Assembly: GCA_965204835.1 (NCBI GenBank) | Contig: OZ242017.1 | Coordinates: forward strand, 2,182,066-2,246,065 | Direction of reading: 5' to 3' | DNA from: Dehalococcoidia bacterium | Lineage (GTDB): Bacteria > Chloroflexota > Dehalococcoidia > UBA2979 | DNA: 64,000 nt | Part shown: positions 27,846 to 37,859 of the stretch, piece after piece | Position numbering within the stretch: the stretch's first letter is position 1 | Layout: each line of letters opens with the position of its first letter | Translations under genes and position numbers: made by a program | Notes under the pieces: model-generated | The model's input: only the letters and a program-made list of their open reading frames with translations | Told to the model about the DNA's origin: nothing | The model's database searches: none

Positions 27846-28274
27846 CTAGCGCAGCTCGTCGATCATGACGAGGGCGTCGCCGCGGATGACCTCGGTGCCG
27901 TCCTGGTTGGTGACGTTCGTGTTGAGCGAGACCTGGTTGCGCTCGGTGTTCACGGCCGTCGCCTCGACGTTCGCGGTGAGCGTGTCGCCGGGCGAGACGG
28001 GGGCGCGGAACTGGAGGTTCTGCCCCAGGTAGATGACGACCGCCTCGGGGGCGAGGCGCGTCCCCAGCGCCGCCGAGATCACGCCCGCGGCGAGGATGCC
28101 GTGGGCAATCGGCGCCTTGAAGCGCGTTCGCGCCGCGTAGTCCGCGTCGCTGTGCAGCGGGTTCGTGTCGCCGGAGACCTGGGTGAACATCGAGATGTCC
28201 TCCTCGGTCACGGTCTTCTCGAAGCTCACCGTCGTGCCGACGGTCACGCCCTGGACGTCATCAGCCATCGTCAT
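27846..28274 (-). CDS. MaoC-like (R)-specific enoyl-CoA hydratase (single hotdog domain)
   Basis: Motif DTNPLHSDADYAARTRFKAPIAHGI. ATG 28274 with a GAGGGG RBS. The longer upstream ORF is artifact. Confidence 0.8.
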   Translation of the reverse strand: MTMADDVQGVTVGTTVSFEKTVTEEDISMFTQVSGDTNPLHSDADYAARTRFKAPIAHGILAAGVISAALGTRLAPEAVVIYLGQNLQFRAPVSPGDTLTANVEATAVNTERNQVSLNTNVTNQDGTEVIRGDALVMIDELR

Positions 28275-28452
28275 CCCCTCGCCTGCCGCGCCCGTGGGCG
28301 CGTGTGCTCCTCGCATGCCGCGAAGTGGGTTGAAGCATAGCGGGAATCGCGCGCACGCGGGATGCCCGAGCCCGCGTGGGGGCGGTTCGGGCGCCGTCGC
28401 TCCCGGGTTGCGCAGCATTTGAGCGTTGATTACAAAAAAATGCGAAAAAAGA

Positions 28453-28481
28453 TTGACCCAGCCCGCCCACCGGCGATAATG
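28453..28481 (+). promoter_or_regulatory. near-consensus sigma-70 promoter with upstream A-tract, probably driving sufR and the suf operon
   Basis: TTGACC (28453-28458), 16-17-bp spacer, GATAAT (28475-28480), preceded by ttgattacaaaaaaatgcgaaaaaaga. About 135-nt leader to the sufR ATG. Confidence 0.5.
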
Positions 28482-28617
28482 GATGCACGGACCACGCACA
28501 CCCGGCGAAGGACGTGCCACCGGTCCCCAGGCGGGGTGACCGAGCAGAACACACCGACGGGACCCGACCCGCGACCGCTCTGCGGCGCAGGCATCCCGGA
28601 CGCGAACCGAAGGGCGC

Positions 28618-29337
28618 ATGGAGCGCGCACGCGACGAACTGATTCGCATCCTCCACGAGCGCGGCGACAGCTCTGTCGCCGACCTCGCCGAGGCCATGGG
28701 CATGTCCCAGGGCTCCGTGCGACGCCACCTCGACATCCTCGGCGCGGACAGCCTCATCGAGTCCCGGCAGGAGCGCCGGCCGCGCGGCCGCCCGCTCACG
28801 CTCTACCGGCTCAGTGAGGCCGGCGAGGAGCGCTCCTCCGCCGCCAACTACCAGCGCCTGCTGGACCACGTCTACCCCGCCCTCACCCACCTCGGCACGA
28901 GCGAGGTGGACGGGCAGCCCGGGGGCGCGATCCTGTGGCGCATCTTCGAGTCCGTCGCCGAGCGCGTCGCCAGCGAGCAGGCGCCGTTCGTGCGCAGCGA
29001 CGAGCTGCCGAACCGCATCAGCGAGGTCGTCGCCGCGATGAGCGAGGTGGGCGTGCTCCACGACGCCGTCGACGAGGGCGACGCCTTCCGGCTGAGCAAC
29101 ATCGGCTGCCCCTGCCGCTCTACGGCCCTCGAGACCGAGGCGGCCTGCGAGGCGGACCGCTACAGCATCGAGCTGCTGGTGGGCGCGCCGGTCGAGCAGG
29201 TCGCGACCATCGCGGGCGGATCGAGTTGCTGTGAGTACATCGTGAGAAAACACCCCGAAGGGGGCGAAGCATCCGTTCCGGCGTTCGCAGCGCCGGAGCC
29301 GGAGACGCCGCAACGCGGAAGAGTGGAGTTGCTGTGA
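28618..29337 (+). CDS. sufR: SufR-like suf operon transcriptional regulator (HTH plus C-terminal Cys cluster)
   Basis: N-terminal wHTH (RDELIRILHERGDSSVADLAEAMGMSQGSVRRHLDIL) and C-terminal Cys (GCPC...C...CC) as in Fe-S-sensing SufR. First gene of the suf cluster. Confidence 0.7.
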   Translation: MERARDELIRILHERGDSSVADLAEAMGMSQGSVRRHLDILGADSLIESRQERRPRGRPLTLYRLSEAGEERSSAANYQRLLDHVYPALTHLGTSEVDGQPGGAILWRIFESVAERVASEQAPFVRSDELPNRISEVVAAMSEVGVLHDAVDEGDAFRLSNIGCPCRSTALETEAACEADRYSIELLVGAPVEQVATIAGGSSCCEYIVRKHPEGGEASVPAFAAPEPETPQRGRVELL

Positions 29338-30140
29338 GCGATATGAACGGGCAGGAGTCCGGCCAGCCGCTGCTGGAGGTCCGCGACCTCCGCGTCAGCG
29401 TGGCCGCGGACCCCGAGATCGAGATCGTCAAGGGCGTCAACCTGACAGTGCGCCCCGGTGAGGTGCATGCGCTGATGGGGCCGAACGGCTCCGGGAAGAG
29501 CACCCTCGCCAACGCCATCGCCGGCAGCCCGGAGTACGTCGTCGACGGCGGCGAGGTGCACTTCCAGGGCGAGGACATCACGCTGCTCACCGCCGACAAG
29601 CGCGCGCGCATGGGCATGTTCCTCTCGTTCCAGTACCCCACCCCCATCCCCGGCGTGACGATGGTGAACCTGCTGCGCATGGCCATGAAGGCCCGCAGCG
29701 GCGAGGAGCCCCCGGCGCGCGAGTTCCTGGGCCAGCTCCGCGAGGTGCTCCAGACGCTCCGCATCGAGGAGGACTTCGCCCGCCGTTACGTCAACGACGG
29801 CTTCTCCGGCGGCGAGAAGAAGCGCGCCGAGATCCTCCAGCTCGGCATGCTCAAGCCGCAGCTCGCCATCCTCGACGAGACCGACTCGGGCCTCGACGTG
29901 GACGCGCTGCGCACCGTCGCCGAGGGCGTGAACGCGCTCCACAACCCGGAGATGGGCATCCTGCTCATCACGCACTACCAGCGCATCCTCAACTACATCA
30001 CCCCGGACTTCGTGCATGTGCTCGTCGACGGCCGCATCGTCCGCTCCGGCGGCGCGGACCTCGCGCACCGCATCGAGGCCGACGGCTACGACCCAATCCT
30101 GCAAGAGCTCGGCGAGCCCGCCGGCGCAGCGGCGAACTAG
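29334..30140 (+). CDS. sufC: Fe-S cluster assembly ATPase
   Basis: Walker A GPNGSGKST, signature FSGGEKKR, Walker B ILDETDSGLD. GTG overlaps the sufR stop. Confidence 0.95.
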   Translation: MSDMNGQESGQPLLEVRDLRVSVAADPEIEIVKGVNLTVRPGEVHALMGPNGSGKSTLANAIAGSPEYVVDGGEVHFQGEDITLLTADKRARMGMFLSFQYPTPIPGVTMVNLLRMAMKARSGEEPPAREFLGQLREVLQTLRIEEDFARRYVNDGFSGGEKKRAEILQLGMLKPQLAILDETDSGLDVDALRTVAEGVNALHNPEMGILLITHYQRILNYITPDFVHVLVDGRIVRSGGADLAHRIEADGYDPILQELGEPAGAAAN

Positions 30141-30149
30141 GGGGCGACG

Positions 30150-31568
30150 ATGACGACCGTGAACCCAAAGGCGCGTGAGGCCGTCGGCGAGTACCAGTGG
30201 GGCTTCCACGACACCGAAGCGCCGCTCTTCCGCGCCGACAAGGGGCTCGACGAGGAGGTCGTGCGCCAGATCTCCGGGCTCAAGGACGAGCCGGAGTGGA
30301 TGCGCGAGTTCCGCCTGGAGTCGCTCCGCACCTTCTTCGAGAAGGACGACCCGACGTGGGCCGGCAGCCCCGACCTCCTCGACGCCATCGACTTCGACGC
30401 CATCACCTACTACGTCCGCGCGACCGACCGCGACTCGACGGACTGGGACGACGTGCCCGAGTACATCAAGGACACGTTCGACAAGCTCGGCATCCCCGAG
30501 GCCGAGCGCCAGTTCCTGGCGGGCGCGGGCGCGCAGTACGACTCCGAGGTGGTCTACCACAACATCCGCGAGGACCTCGCCAAGCAGGGCGTGGTCTTCC
30601 TCGGCATGGACCAGGGGCTCGCCGAGTACGGCGACCTGGTGGAGGAGCACTTCGGCACGGTGGTGCCGCCCGGTGACAACAAGTACGCGGCGCTGAACAG
30701 CGCGGTGTGGTCCGGCGGCTCGTTCATCTACGTGCCGCCCGGCGTCCACGTCGAGGTGCCGCTGCAGGCCTACTTCCGCATCAACACCGAGAGCATGGGC
30801 CAGTTCGAGCGGACGCTGATCATCGCCGACGAGGGCTCGTACGTGCACTACGTGGAGGGCTGCACCGCGCCCATCTACAGCACGGACTCGCTGCACTCGG
30901 CCGTGGTCGAGATCATCGTCAAGAAGGACGCGCGCGTCCGCTACACGACGATCCAGAACTGGTCGAACAACGTCTACAACCTCGTCACCAAGCGCGCCGT
31001 CGCGTACGAGAACGCCGTGATGGAGTGGGTGGACGGCAACATCGGCTCGAAGCTGACGATGAAGTACCCCTCGGTCTACCTCATGGAGCCGGGCGCGCAC
31101 GGCGAGATCCTCTCGCTGGCGTTCGCAGGCGACGGGCAGCACCAGGACGCGGGCGGCAAGGTCATCCACGTCGCGCCCGACACCTCCTCGGCCATCGTCT
31201 CGAAGTCTGTCTCGCGCGGCAGCGGCCGCACCTCCTACCGCGGCCTGCTCAAGGTCGAGGAGGGCGCCGAGGGCTCGACCTCGACGGTGCGCTGCGACGC
31301 ACTGCTGCTGGACGAGCACTCCCGCTCCGACACCTACCCGACCATGGAGGTGGACGAGGAGCGCGTGAACATCGGCCATGAGGCCTCCGTCTCCAAGCTC
31401 GGCGACGACCAGCTCTTCTACCTGATGTCGCGCGGGCTCACCGAGGAAGAGGCCGGCAAGATGGTCGTCAACGGCTTCGTCGAGCCGATCGTCAAGGAGC
31501 TCCCGATGGAGTACGCCATCGAGCTCAACCGCCTCATCGAGCTGCAGATGGAAGGCTCGGTCGGCTAG
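30150..31568 (+). CDS. sufB: Fe-S cluster assembly scaffold protein
   Basis: 472 aa with strong SufB-wide similarity (…[24 protein letters not shown]…). Confidence 0.95.
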   Translation: MTTVNPKAREAVGEYQWGFHDTEAPLFRADKGLDEEVVRQISGLKDEPEWMREFRLESLRTFFEKDDPTWAGSPDLLDAIDFDAITYYVRATDRDSTDWDDVPEYIKDTFDKLGIPEAERQFLAGAGAQYDSEVVYHNIREDLAKQGVVFLGMDQGLAEYGDLVEEHFGTVVPPGDNKYAALNSAVWSGGSFIYVPPGVHVEVPLQAYFRINTESMGQFERTLIIADEGSYVHYVEGCTAPIYSTDSLHSAVVEIIVKKDARVRYTTIQNWSNNVYNLVTKRAVAYENAVMEWVDGNIGSKLTMKYPSVYLMEPGAHGEILSLAFAGDGQHQDAGGKVIHVAPDTSSAIVSKSVSRGSGRTSYRGLLKVEEGAEGSTSTVRCDALLLDEHSRSDTYPTMEVDEERVNIGHEASVSKLGDDQLFYLMSRGLTEEEAGKMVVNGFVEPIVKELPMEYAIELNRLIELQMEGSVG

Positions 31569-31596
31569 CGCCGGCCCCCCGGACGACAGGACGCCC

Positions 31597-32823
31597 ATGA
31601 CGACCGACGCCGGTACCACCACCGACCACTACGCAGAGCCGGCCGTGATCGCCGCCGCCGACGGGCGCGGCGAACCCGGCTGGCTGCGCGACCGACGCGC
31701 CGAGGCCGCACGCGCCTTCGACGCCACCCCGCTGCCCACGCGCGCGCTGCGCCCGTGGCGCTACACCGACGTGACCGGGCTCGACTTCGCCGCCTTCGCC
31801 CCATCGGGCGGGGCGCTGCGCATCGACGCCAACGCGCCGGACGGCGCGTACGCCGGGACCATCGCGGACGCCCTCGACAGCCACGAGGCGCTGGTGCGCG
31901 ACGGCCTCGGCTCGCTGACCCCGGCGACCGAGGGCAAGTTCACAGCCGCCAACGCCGCGCTGTGGAGCGACGGCGTGCTCGTACACGCTCCGGCCCGCTC
32001 GGTCTTCGAGGAGCCCGTGGTCGCCGAGCTCGACGTGGCCGACGGCGACGCCGCGGTCTTCCCGCGCGTGCTCGTCGTGGCCGGCGAGCAGGCCGAGGTG
32101 ACCGTGGTGCTGCGCATGCGCTCCGGCGACGCGCCGCTGCTCGCGGCGGGCGTCGTCGAGATTGAGGCCGCGCAGGCCGCGCGCGTGCGGCTGCTGCTCG
32201 ACGACCGCTGGGGCGCGGACACGCAGGACTACACCACCGTCCGCGCGCGGCTCGGCCGCGACGCCGACCTGCAAGTCGCCTCGATCGCCATCGGCGCGCG
32301 CGTGCTCAAGCAGACCGTCGAGGTCACGCTGGAGGGCGAGGGCGCCAACTCGGCGATCCGCGCCGTCGCGCTCGGCGACGAAGACCAGCACTTCGACTTC
32401 GTCACGCTGCAGGACCACACCGGCCCGCGCACCACCTCGGACGTCGAGGTGAAGGCCGCGCTCGCCGGGGCGTCGCGCTCGATCTACTACGGCATCACGC
32501 GCGTCGGCGAGGAGGCCGCGGGGGCGGAGGCGAACCAGCAGAACCGCAACCTGCTGCTCTCGAACTCCTCGAAGGCCGACTCCGACCCGGTGCTCGAGAT
32601 CCTGACCGCCGACGTGATCCGCTGCGGCCACGGCGCCACCGTGGGGCCGGTGGACGAGGAGGCGCTGTTCTACCTCCAGAGCCGCGGCCTCGACCGCCGC
32701 ACCTCGCTGCAACTGCTCGTGAGCGGCTTCTTCCAGTCCGTGCTCCGAGACGTGCGCCTCGAAGGCGTCGCCGAGGAGCTCGAGGAGACGGTCTTCGCCA
32801 AGCTGGCGCTGGCCGAGCTCTAG
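31597..32823 (+). CDS. sufD: Fe-S cluster assembly protein
   Basis: SufB/D-family beta-helix C-terminus (…DVIRCGHGATVGPVDEEALFYLQSRGL…). Directly follows sufB. Confidence 0.9.
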   Translation: MTTDAGTTTDHYAEPAVIAAADGRGEPGWLRDRRAEAARAFDATPLPTRALRPWRYTDVTGLDFAAFAPSGGALRIDANAPDGAYAGTIADALDSHEALVRDGLGSLTPATEGKFTAANAALWSDGVLVHAPARSVFEEPVVAELDVADGDAAVFPRVLVVAGEQAEVTVVLRMRSGDAPLLAAGVVEIEAAQAARVRLLLDDRWGADTQDYTTVRARLGRDADLQVASIAIGARVLKQTVEVTLEGEGANSAIRAVALGDEDQHFDFVTLQDHTGPRTTSDVEVKAALAGASRSIYYGITRVGEEAAGAEANQQNRNLLLSNSSKADSDPVLEILTADVIRCGHGATVGPVDEEALFYLQSRGLDRRTSLQLLVSGFFQSVLRDVRLEGVAEELEETVFAKLALAEL

Positions 32824-32848
32824 ACCGGTCGCGGGGAAGGTTGCGCCC

Positions 32849-33169
32849 GTGCCGCCTGAGCGCGTCGCCTCGGTCTCCGACATCCCCGAGGGCGAGGTGC
32901 GCGTGGTGACATGCGCAAGCGGACGCTCACTCGCCGTCAGCAACATCGAGGGCGAGCTGTTCGCCATCGACAACGTCTGCACCCACGACGACGGCCCGCT
33001 CGGCGAGGGACAGCTGCGCCGGGGCCGCGTGATCTGCCCGCGCCACGGCGCGGCCTTCGACGCGCGCACCGGGCGCGCGCTCACGCTCCCGGCCGTCCGC
33101 GGCGTCAACGCCTACGACGTCACCGTCGACGGCGAGGACGTGCTCGTGGATTGCGAGGCGGCATCGTGA
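32849..33169 (+). CDS. Rieske [2Fe-2S] domain protein (ferredoxin-like, suf-associated)
   Basis: CTHDDGPL...CPRHGAAF Rieske motifs. GTG 32849 after GGGGAAGG. Confidence 0.85.
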   Translation: MPPERVASVSDIPEGEVRVVTCASGRSLAVSNIEGELFAIDNVCTHDDGPLGEGQLRRGRVICPRHGAAFDARTGRALTLPAVRGVNAYDVTVDGEDVLVDCEAAS

Positions 33170-34452
33170 CCAGCGTCTTCGACGGCGTCGGCAGCTCCGC
33201 CTACGGCTTCGACGTCGAGCGCATCCGCCGTGACTTCCCCGTGCTCAAGCGCGAGGTCAACGGCCACACCCTCGTGTACCTCGACAACGCGGCCACCTCG
33301 CAGCGGCCCGTGCAGGTGCTGGCGGAGATCACGCGCTTCTACCGCGACAGCAATGCCAACATCCACCGCGGCGTGCACACGCTCTCCGTGGAGGCGACCG
33401 ACCAGTACGAGGGCGTCCGCGAGAAGGTGCGCGACTTCATCGGCGCGCCGTCGGCGTCCGAGATCATCTTCACCCGCAACACCACCGAGTCGATCAACCT
33501 CGTCGCGCACTCGTGGGCGCGCACCTTCATGGAAGAAGGCGACGAGGTGGTGATCTCCGAGATCGAGCACCACTCCAACATCGTGCCGTGGCAGATGCTG
33601 CGCGACGAGCGCGGCATCGTGCTGCGCCACATCCCGATGCTCGACGACGGCACGCTCGACCTCGACGAGGCGCGCAAGCTCATCAACCCGCGCACGCGGC
33701 TGCTCGCGATCACGCTGATGTCGAACGCCCTCGGCAGCATCGTCCCCGTCGGCGAGCTGGCCGACCTGGCGCACGCGCGCGGCGCGCGGGTGCTGGTCGA
33801 CGCGGCGCAGGCTGCGCCGCACCTGCCGGTCGACGTCGGCGACCTCGGCGCGGACTTCCTCGCGTTCTCCGCCCACAAGATGCTCGGCCCCACCGGCGTC
33901 GGCGTGCTCTGGGCGCGCGGCGAGCTCCTCGAAGCCATGCCGCCGTTCCTCGGCGGCGGCGACATGATCGCCACCGTCTCGCTCACCGAGTCGACGTGGA
34001 ACGAGGTGCCCCACAAGTTCGAGGCGGGCACCCCCAACGTCGGCGGCGTCGTCGCCTTCGGCACGGCCATCGACTACCTGCAGGCGCTCGGCATGGACCG
34101 CGTGCGCGCGCACGAGCGCGAGCTCACCGGCTACGCGCTCGGCAAGCTGATCGACGTGCCCGGCGTGACGCTGCACGGCCCCCTCGACCCCGACCTGCGC
34201 GGCGGCGTGGTCTCGTTCAGCCTCGAGGGCGTGCACCCGCACGACGTGGGGCAGGTGCTGGACAGCCGCGGCGTGGCGATCCGCGCCGGGCACCACTGCG
34301 CGCAGCCCGTGATGATCCGCCTCGGCGTCCCGGCTACCGCCCGCGCATCGTTCTACATCTACAACACGCGCGAGGAGGTCGACGCGCTCGAGGACGCTGT
34401 CCGCGAGACCGCGAGCTACTTCGGCGTCGCGCCGCGCGCGTCGGCGGGCTAG
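33166..34452 (+). CDS. sufS: cysteine desulfurase (group II, SufS)
   Basis: PLP motif SAHKMLGPTGVG and active-site RAGHHCAQP. GTGA overlap with the Rieske gene. Confidence 0.95.
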   Translation: MTSVFDGVGSSAYGFDVERIRRDFPVLKREVNGHTLVYLDNAATSQRPVQVLAEITRFYRDSNANIHRGVHTLSVEATDQYEGVREKVRDFIGAPSASEIIFTRNTTESINLVAHSWARTFMEEGDEVVISEIEHHSNIVPWQMLRDERGIVLRHIPMLDDGTLDLDEARKLINPRTRLLAITLMSNALGSIVPVGELADLAHARGARVLVDAAQAAPHLPVDVGDLGADFLAFSAHKMLGPTGVGVLWARGELLEAMPPFLGGGDMIATVSLTESTWNEVPHKFEAGTPNVGGVVAFGTAIDYLQALGMDRVRAHERELTGYALGKLIDVPGVTLHGPLDPDLRGGVVSFSLEGVHPHDVGQVLDSRGVAIRAGHHCAQPVMIRLGVPATARASFYIYNTREEVDALEDAVRETASYFGVAPRASAG

Positions 34453-34454
34453 CC

Positions 34455-34934
34455 ATGACCAGCGCGGCCCTCGACGACCTCTACCGCGAGATCCTGCTCG
34501 ACCACTACCGCAGCCCGCGCAACCGCGGCCGCCTCGACGCGCCCTCGGCAAGCGCCGACGGCGCGAACCCGCTCTGCGGCGACCAGATTACGCTCGATGT
34601 GGTGCTGGACGACGACGGCAACGTCGTCGACGTGGCGTTCGAGGGCTCGGGCTGCTCGATCTCGCAGGCGTCGAGTTCGATGATGACCGGGTACGTGAAG
34701 GGGCGCCCCGCCGCGGAGGCCCTCGCGGGCGTCGAGGCGTTTCAGCGCATGATGGTCGACGGCGAGCCCCTCGACGAGGAGTTCGGCGACATCGAGGCGC
34801 TGTCCGGGGTGCGCAAGTTCCCCGTGCGGGTAAAGTGTGCATCGCTCGCCTGGAAGACCCTCGAGCAGGCGCTGACCGCCGACGAGAGCCAGGCCGATCC
34901 CGTCACGACGGACGAGAGGAGCATGACGACATGA
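34455..34934 (+). CDS. sufU: SufU/IscU-like sulfur acceptor (zinc-dependent)
   Basis: NPLCGD...GSGCSISQASSSMM...CASLAW motifs. Confidence 0.9.
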   Translation: MTSAALDDLYREILLDHYRSPRNRGRLDAPSASADGANPLCGDQITLDVVLDDDGNVVDVAFEGSGCSISQASSSMMTGYVKGRPAAEALAGVEAFQRMMVDGEPLDEEFGDIEALSGVRKFPVRVKCASLAWKTLEQALTADESQADPVTTDERSMTT

Positions 34935-35260
34935 CCGAAGCGACTTCCGTGGAGCGCCCCAGCGTCGACACGCTGCGCGAGATCCTGCGCGACATCCAGG
35001 ACCCCGAGCTGCGCATGAGCATCGTCGACCTCGGCCTCGTCTACCACGTCGACATCGACGGCGACGGCCTCGTCACCATCGACCTCACGCTGACCACGCC
35101 CGCGTGCCCGATCGGGCCGATGCTGCAGGGGCAGGCCTACCACATGCTCACGCAGCTCGAGGGCGTCGAGGACGTCGAGGTGAACCTCGTGTGGGACCCG
35201 CCGTGGGACCCCAAGACCATGGCCTCCGAAGAGGTCCGGATGCAGCTCGGCATCTGGTAG
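34931..35260 (+). CDS. sufT: DUF59/MIP18-family Fe-S assembly protein (SufT-like)
   Basis: ATGA overlap with sufU. Conserved TLTTPACPIGPML motif. Confidence 0.85.
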   Translation: MTEATSVERPSVDTLREILRDIQDPELRMSIVDLGLVYHVDIDGDGLVTIDLTLTTPACPIGPMLQGQAYHMLTQLEGVEDVEVNLVWDPPWDPKTMASEEVRMQLGIW

Positions 35261-35304
35261 GCCACCACCTACCGCGTGGAGCCCCTCGCGCGATCGCACA
35301 CCGC

Positions 35305-37008
35305 ATGACGTCCAACGCAGCACCCGCATGGCTGCGGCCTCGCAGCCGCCGCGACGTGCTGCGCCTCGGCGTCGGAGCGTTCGCCGCGGCGCTCCTCGCC
35401 GCCTGCACCACGCCCGAGGACGAGGACCCGGACACAACCGCCGAGGAGACGCCGGCGCCCACGCCCGTCGCGTCGCTGGCGGTCGCGCCCATGCCGGCCA
35501 TCCCGGCCGTGCCCACCAACGGCCTGCTCCGCCTCGGGGCCGTCGGCGAGCCGCAGGTCTCGCCGGCCCTCGTCTACTCGACGCTGGTCGCGGTCGATCC
35601 GCGCGACGCGACGATCCACAGCGACCTCGCCGACTTCGTGGAGCAGCCGGACCCGCTCACGCTCACGGCCGCGCTCAACGAGCACGCCGCCTTCCATCCC
35701 GCCGCCACCACCAACGGCCGCAGCGCGACCTCCGAGCCGATCGACGCGAGCGAGATCGCGCGCGACTTCGCCATCCGCGCCGACGCCTCCGAGTTCCTGT
35801 TCAGCCAGGTGGTCGAGGACGCCGTCGCCGTCGACGCGATGACCCTGCGGCTCCAGCTGCGCGCCCCCTTCGCGCTGCTCCTCGAACAGCTCGGCGACGC
35901 CGGGACGGCGGGCATCCGCGCCGCCGCGCCCTCCACGGTCGGCATCCCGCTCGGCAGCGGCCCGTTCATCCCCGAGCGCAACGAGGACGGCGGCCTCACG
36001 CTCCGCCCGCACGCCGGCTACCACCGGCTGGGGCTGCCCCTGCTGCGGTCGATCCAGGTCGCGACGGCCGAGCGTGAACGCACCCTCGGGGCCGCCTTCG
36101 CCGGCGGCGCCCTCGACGTGCTCGCGCTCCGCACGCCCGACAGCGTCGAGCGCGCCGCGGAGCGTGCCGACTCGCGCGTGGCCGAGCGCAGCTCGAGGCG
36201 CGCGCGAGGGCTCGGACTGTCGCTCGTCGCGGCGAAGGGCGGACGCGACGTGCGGTTCCACCCCGCGTTCCAGGACCAGCGCGTCCGCCGCGCGGTCGCC
36301 CTCTCGCTGGACCACGAGGCCATCGCCGCATACGACGACGCGATCGCGGCCGGCCCCGTCGGACCGGCGTTCGCCGCCGACGCCCTCGACCCCCTCGCGC
36401 TCGGCCGGCACGAGCTCTTCCAGCACGACCCGCGCGAGGCGACGCGCCTGCTCCAGGCCGCCGGCCACGAGGACATCACGTTCACCCTCGAAGCCCCACA
36501 GACGCAGCCGCTGCGGGGCCTCGCGCAGCTCATCGCCCGCCAGCTCCGCGAGGCCGGCTTCATGCCCGTCCTCGACCTCGTCGATCACGTCCGGCTGCAG
36601 GTCGACCTGGAGCAGGGCGACTTCCAGGCGATCCTCTTCGAGCTGGAGCCGGTGACCTCGCCCGACATCGGGCTGCGGCTCCACATGTCGGGCGGGCTCG
36701 CCGGCGTCTCCCCGTGGGGCTACTCGAACCCCATCTACGACGACGCCGTCCGCGCGGTACTCGGCAACATCGACCCCGGCGAACGCGCGGTCGCCGCCCG
36801 CGCCGCCCAGCAACTGCTCCTGGAGGACGTGCCCGCGATGATCCCGCTGCCCGAACCCGTCGAGCGCATCGCCATCGCGGGCACGGTCGGCGGCTACGAG
36901 TACGACGCGTACGACTTCAACGAGCGCGGCCTCGCCGCGCTGTGGCACGTCGACTCCGCCTCGACCCGCCATCCGGGGCGACCCGGCGCGGTGGGGGCAT
37001 CCCTGTGA
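35305..37008 (+). CDS. ABC transporter substrate-binding protein, family 5 (peptide/nickel-type), Tat-signal lipoprotein, orphan
   Basis: Twin-Arg RRDVLRLG and lipobox LLAAC. SBP_bac_5-like domain. No cognate permease or ATPase genes adjacent. The long upstream ORF extension is artifact. Confidence 0.65.
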   Translation: MTSNAAPAWLRPRSRRDVLRLGVGAFAAALLAACTTPEDEDPDTTAEETPAPTPVASLAVAPMPAIPAVPTNGLLRLGAVGEPQVSPALVYSTLVAVDPRDATIHSDLADFVEQPDPLTLTAALNEHAAFHPAATTNGRSATSEPIDASEIARDFAIRADASEFLFSQVVEDAVAVDAMTLRLQLRAPFALLLEQLGDAGTAGIRAAAPSTVGIPLGSGPFIPERNEDGGLTLRPHAGYHRLGLPLLRSIQVATAERERTLGAAFAGGALDVLALRTPDSVERAAERADSRVAERSSRRARGLGLSLVAAKGGRDVRFHPAFQDQRVRRAVALSLDHEAIAAYDDAIAAGPVGPAFAADALDPLALGRHELFQHDPREATRLLQAAGHEDITFTLEAPQTQPLRGLAQLIARQLREAGFMPVLDLVDHVRLQVDLEQGDFQAILFELEPVTSPDIGLRLHMSGGLAGVSPWGYSNPIYDDAVRAVLGNIDPGERAVAARAAQQLLLEDVPAMIPLPEPVERIAIAGTVGGYEYDAYDFNERGLAALWHVDSASTRHPGRPGAVGASL

Positions 37009-37847
37009 CCACACCCGCGACCCCACCCGCGCTCGACCTCGACGCCCTCCGCGACGCACTCGAAAACGCCGTCCACGACGCGTGCGAGGCGATCCGCACG
37101 GTCATGCGCCGCGGCTCGGTCCGCGTCGGCCACAAGTGGGGCGAGGGCCCGGTCACCGAGGCCGACCACGCCGCCGACGAGATCCTGCACCGCCGCCTCA
37201 CGCCCCTCATCGCCGGCGCGCACTGGCTCTCCGAGGAGTCCGAGCAGGAGCACGCCATCGTCCCCGGCGAGCCGACGTGGGTGATCGACCCGCTCGACGG
37301 GACGCGCGAGTTCCTCCGCGGCCTGCCGGAGTTCGGCGTCTCGGTCGGGCTCTTCGCCGGCGACCGGCTCGTGCTCGGCGCGGCGGGCCTGCCCGCGGGC
37401 GACGAGCCCGTCGTCTACAGCGGCATCGTCGACGACGAGCGGCGCGAGGCCCGCGTCGACGGCACCCCGCTCCCGCCGCTCGAGCCGCCCGGCCTCGACG
37501 AAGACGGCGAGCCGGACCCGGGGCGCATCGTCGTCTCGCGCTGGGACTACGAGCACCGCAGGCTCCAGTACCGCCTGCCGTTCGACGTCTACCCGCTCGG
37601 CTCGGCGGTGGTGAAGCTCGTCCACGCCGCGACGGGCGAGGCCGGTGTCTACCTCTCGACCGGCCCTCGGTCCGTCTGGGACGCCGCCGGCGGCGCGGCG
37701 GTCCTCGCCGGCGCGGGCGGCGTGCTGCTCCAGGTCAACGGCGCCCCCCTCGCCCTCTCCCCCCAGCGCGAGCGCATCCCCCCGTTCGTCGCCGGCGAGC
37801 CGGGCCGTGCGACGGCGCTGCTCCGGAGCCTGGGCGTGGAGTTGTAG
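37005..37847 (+). CDS. inositol monophosphatase family protein (IMPase/CysQ-like 3'-phosphoadenosine 5'-phosphate phosphatase candidate)
   Basis: IMPase motifs (WVIDPLDGTREFL, ...WDAAGG...). GTGA overlap with the preceding gene. Confidence 0.8.
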   Translation: MTTPATPPALDLDALRDALENAVHDACEAIRTVMRRGSVRVGHKWGEGPVTEADHAADEILHRRLTPLIAGAHWLSEESEQEHAIVPGEPTWVIDPLDGTREFLRGLPEFGVSVGLFAGDRLVLGAAGLPAGDEPVVYSGIVDDERREARVDGTPLPPLEPPGLDEDGEPDPGRIVVSRWDYEHRRLQYRLPFDVYPLGSAVVKLVHAATGEAGVYLSTGPRSVWDAAGGAAVLAGAGGVLLQVNGAPLALSPQRERIPPFVAGEPGRATALLRSLGVEL

Positions 37848-37859
37848 CGGCGGGGAACT

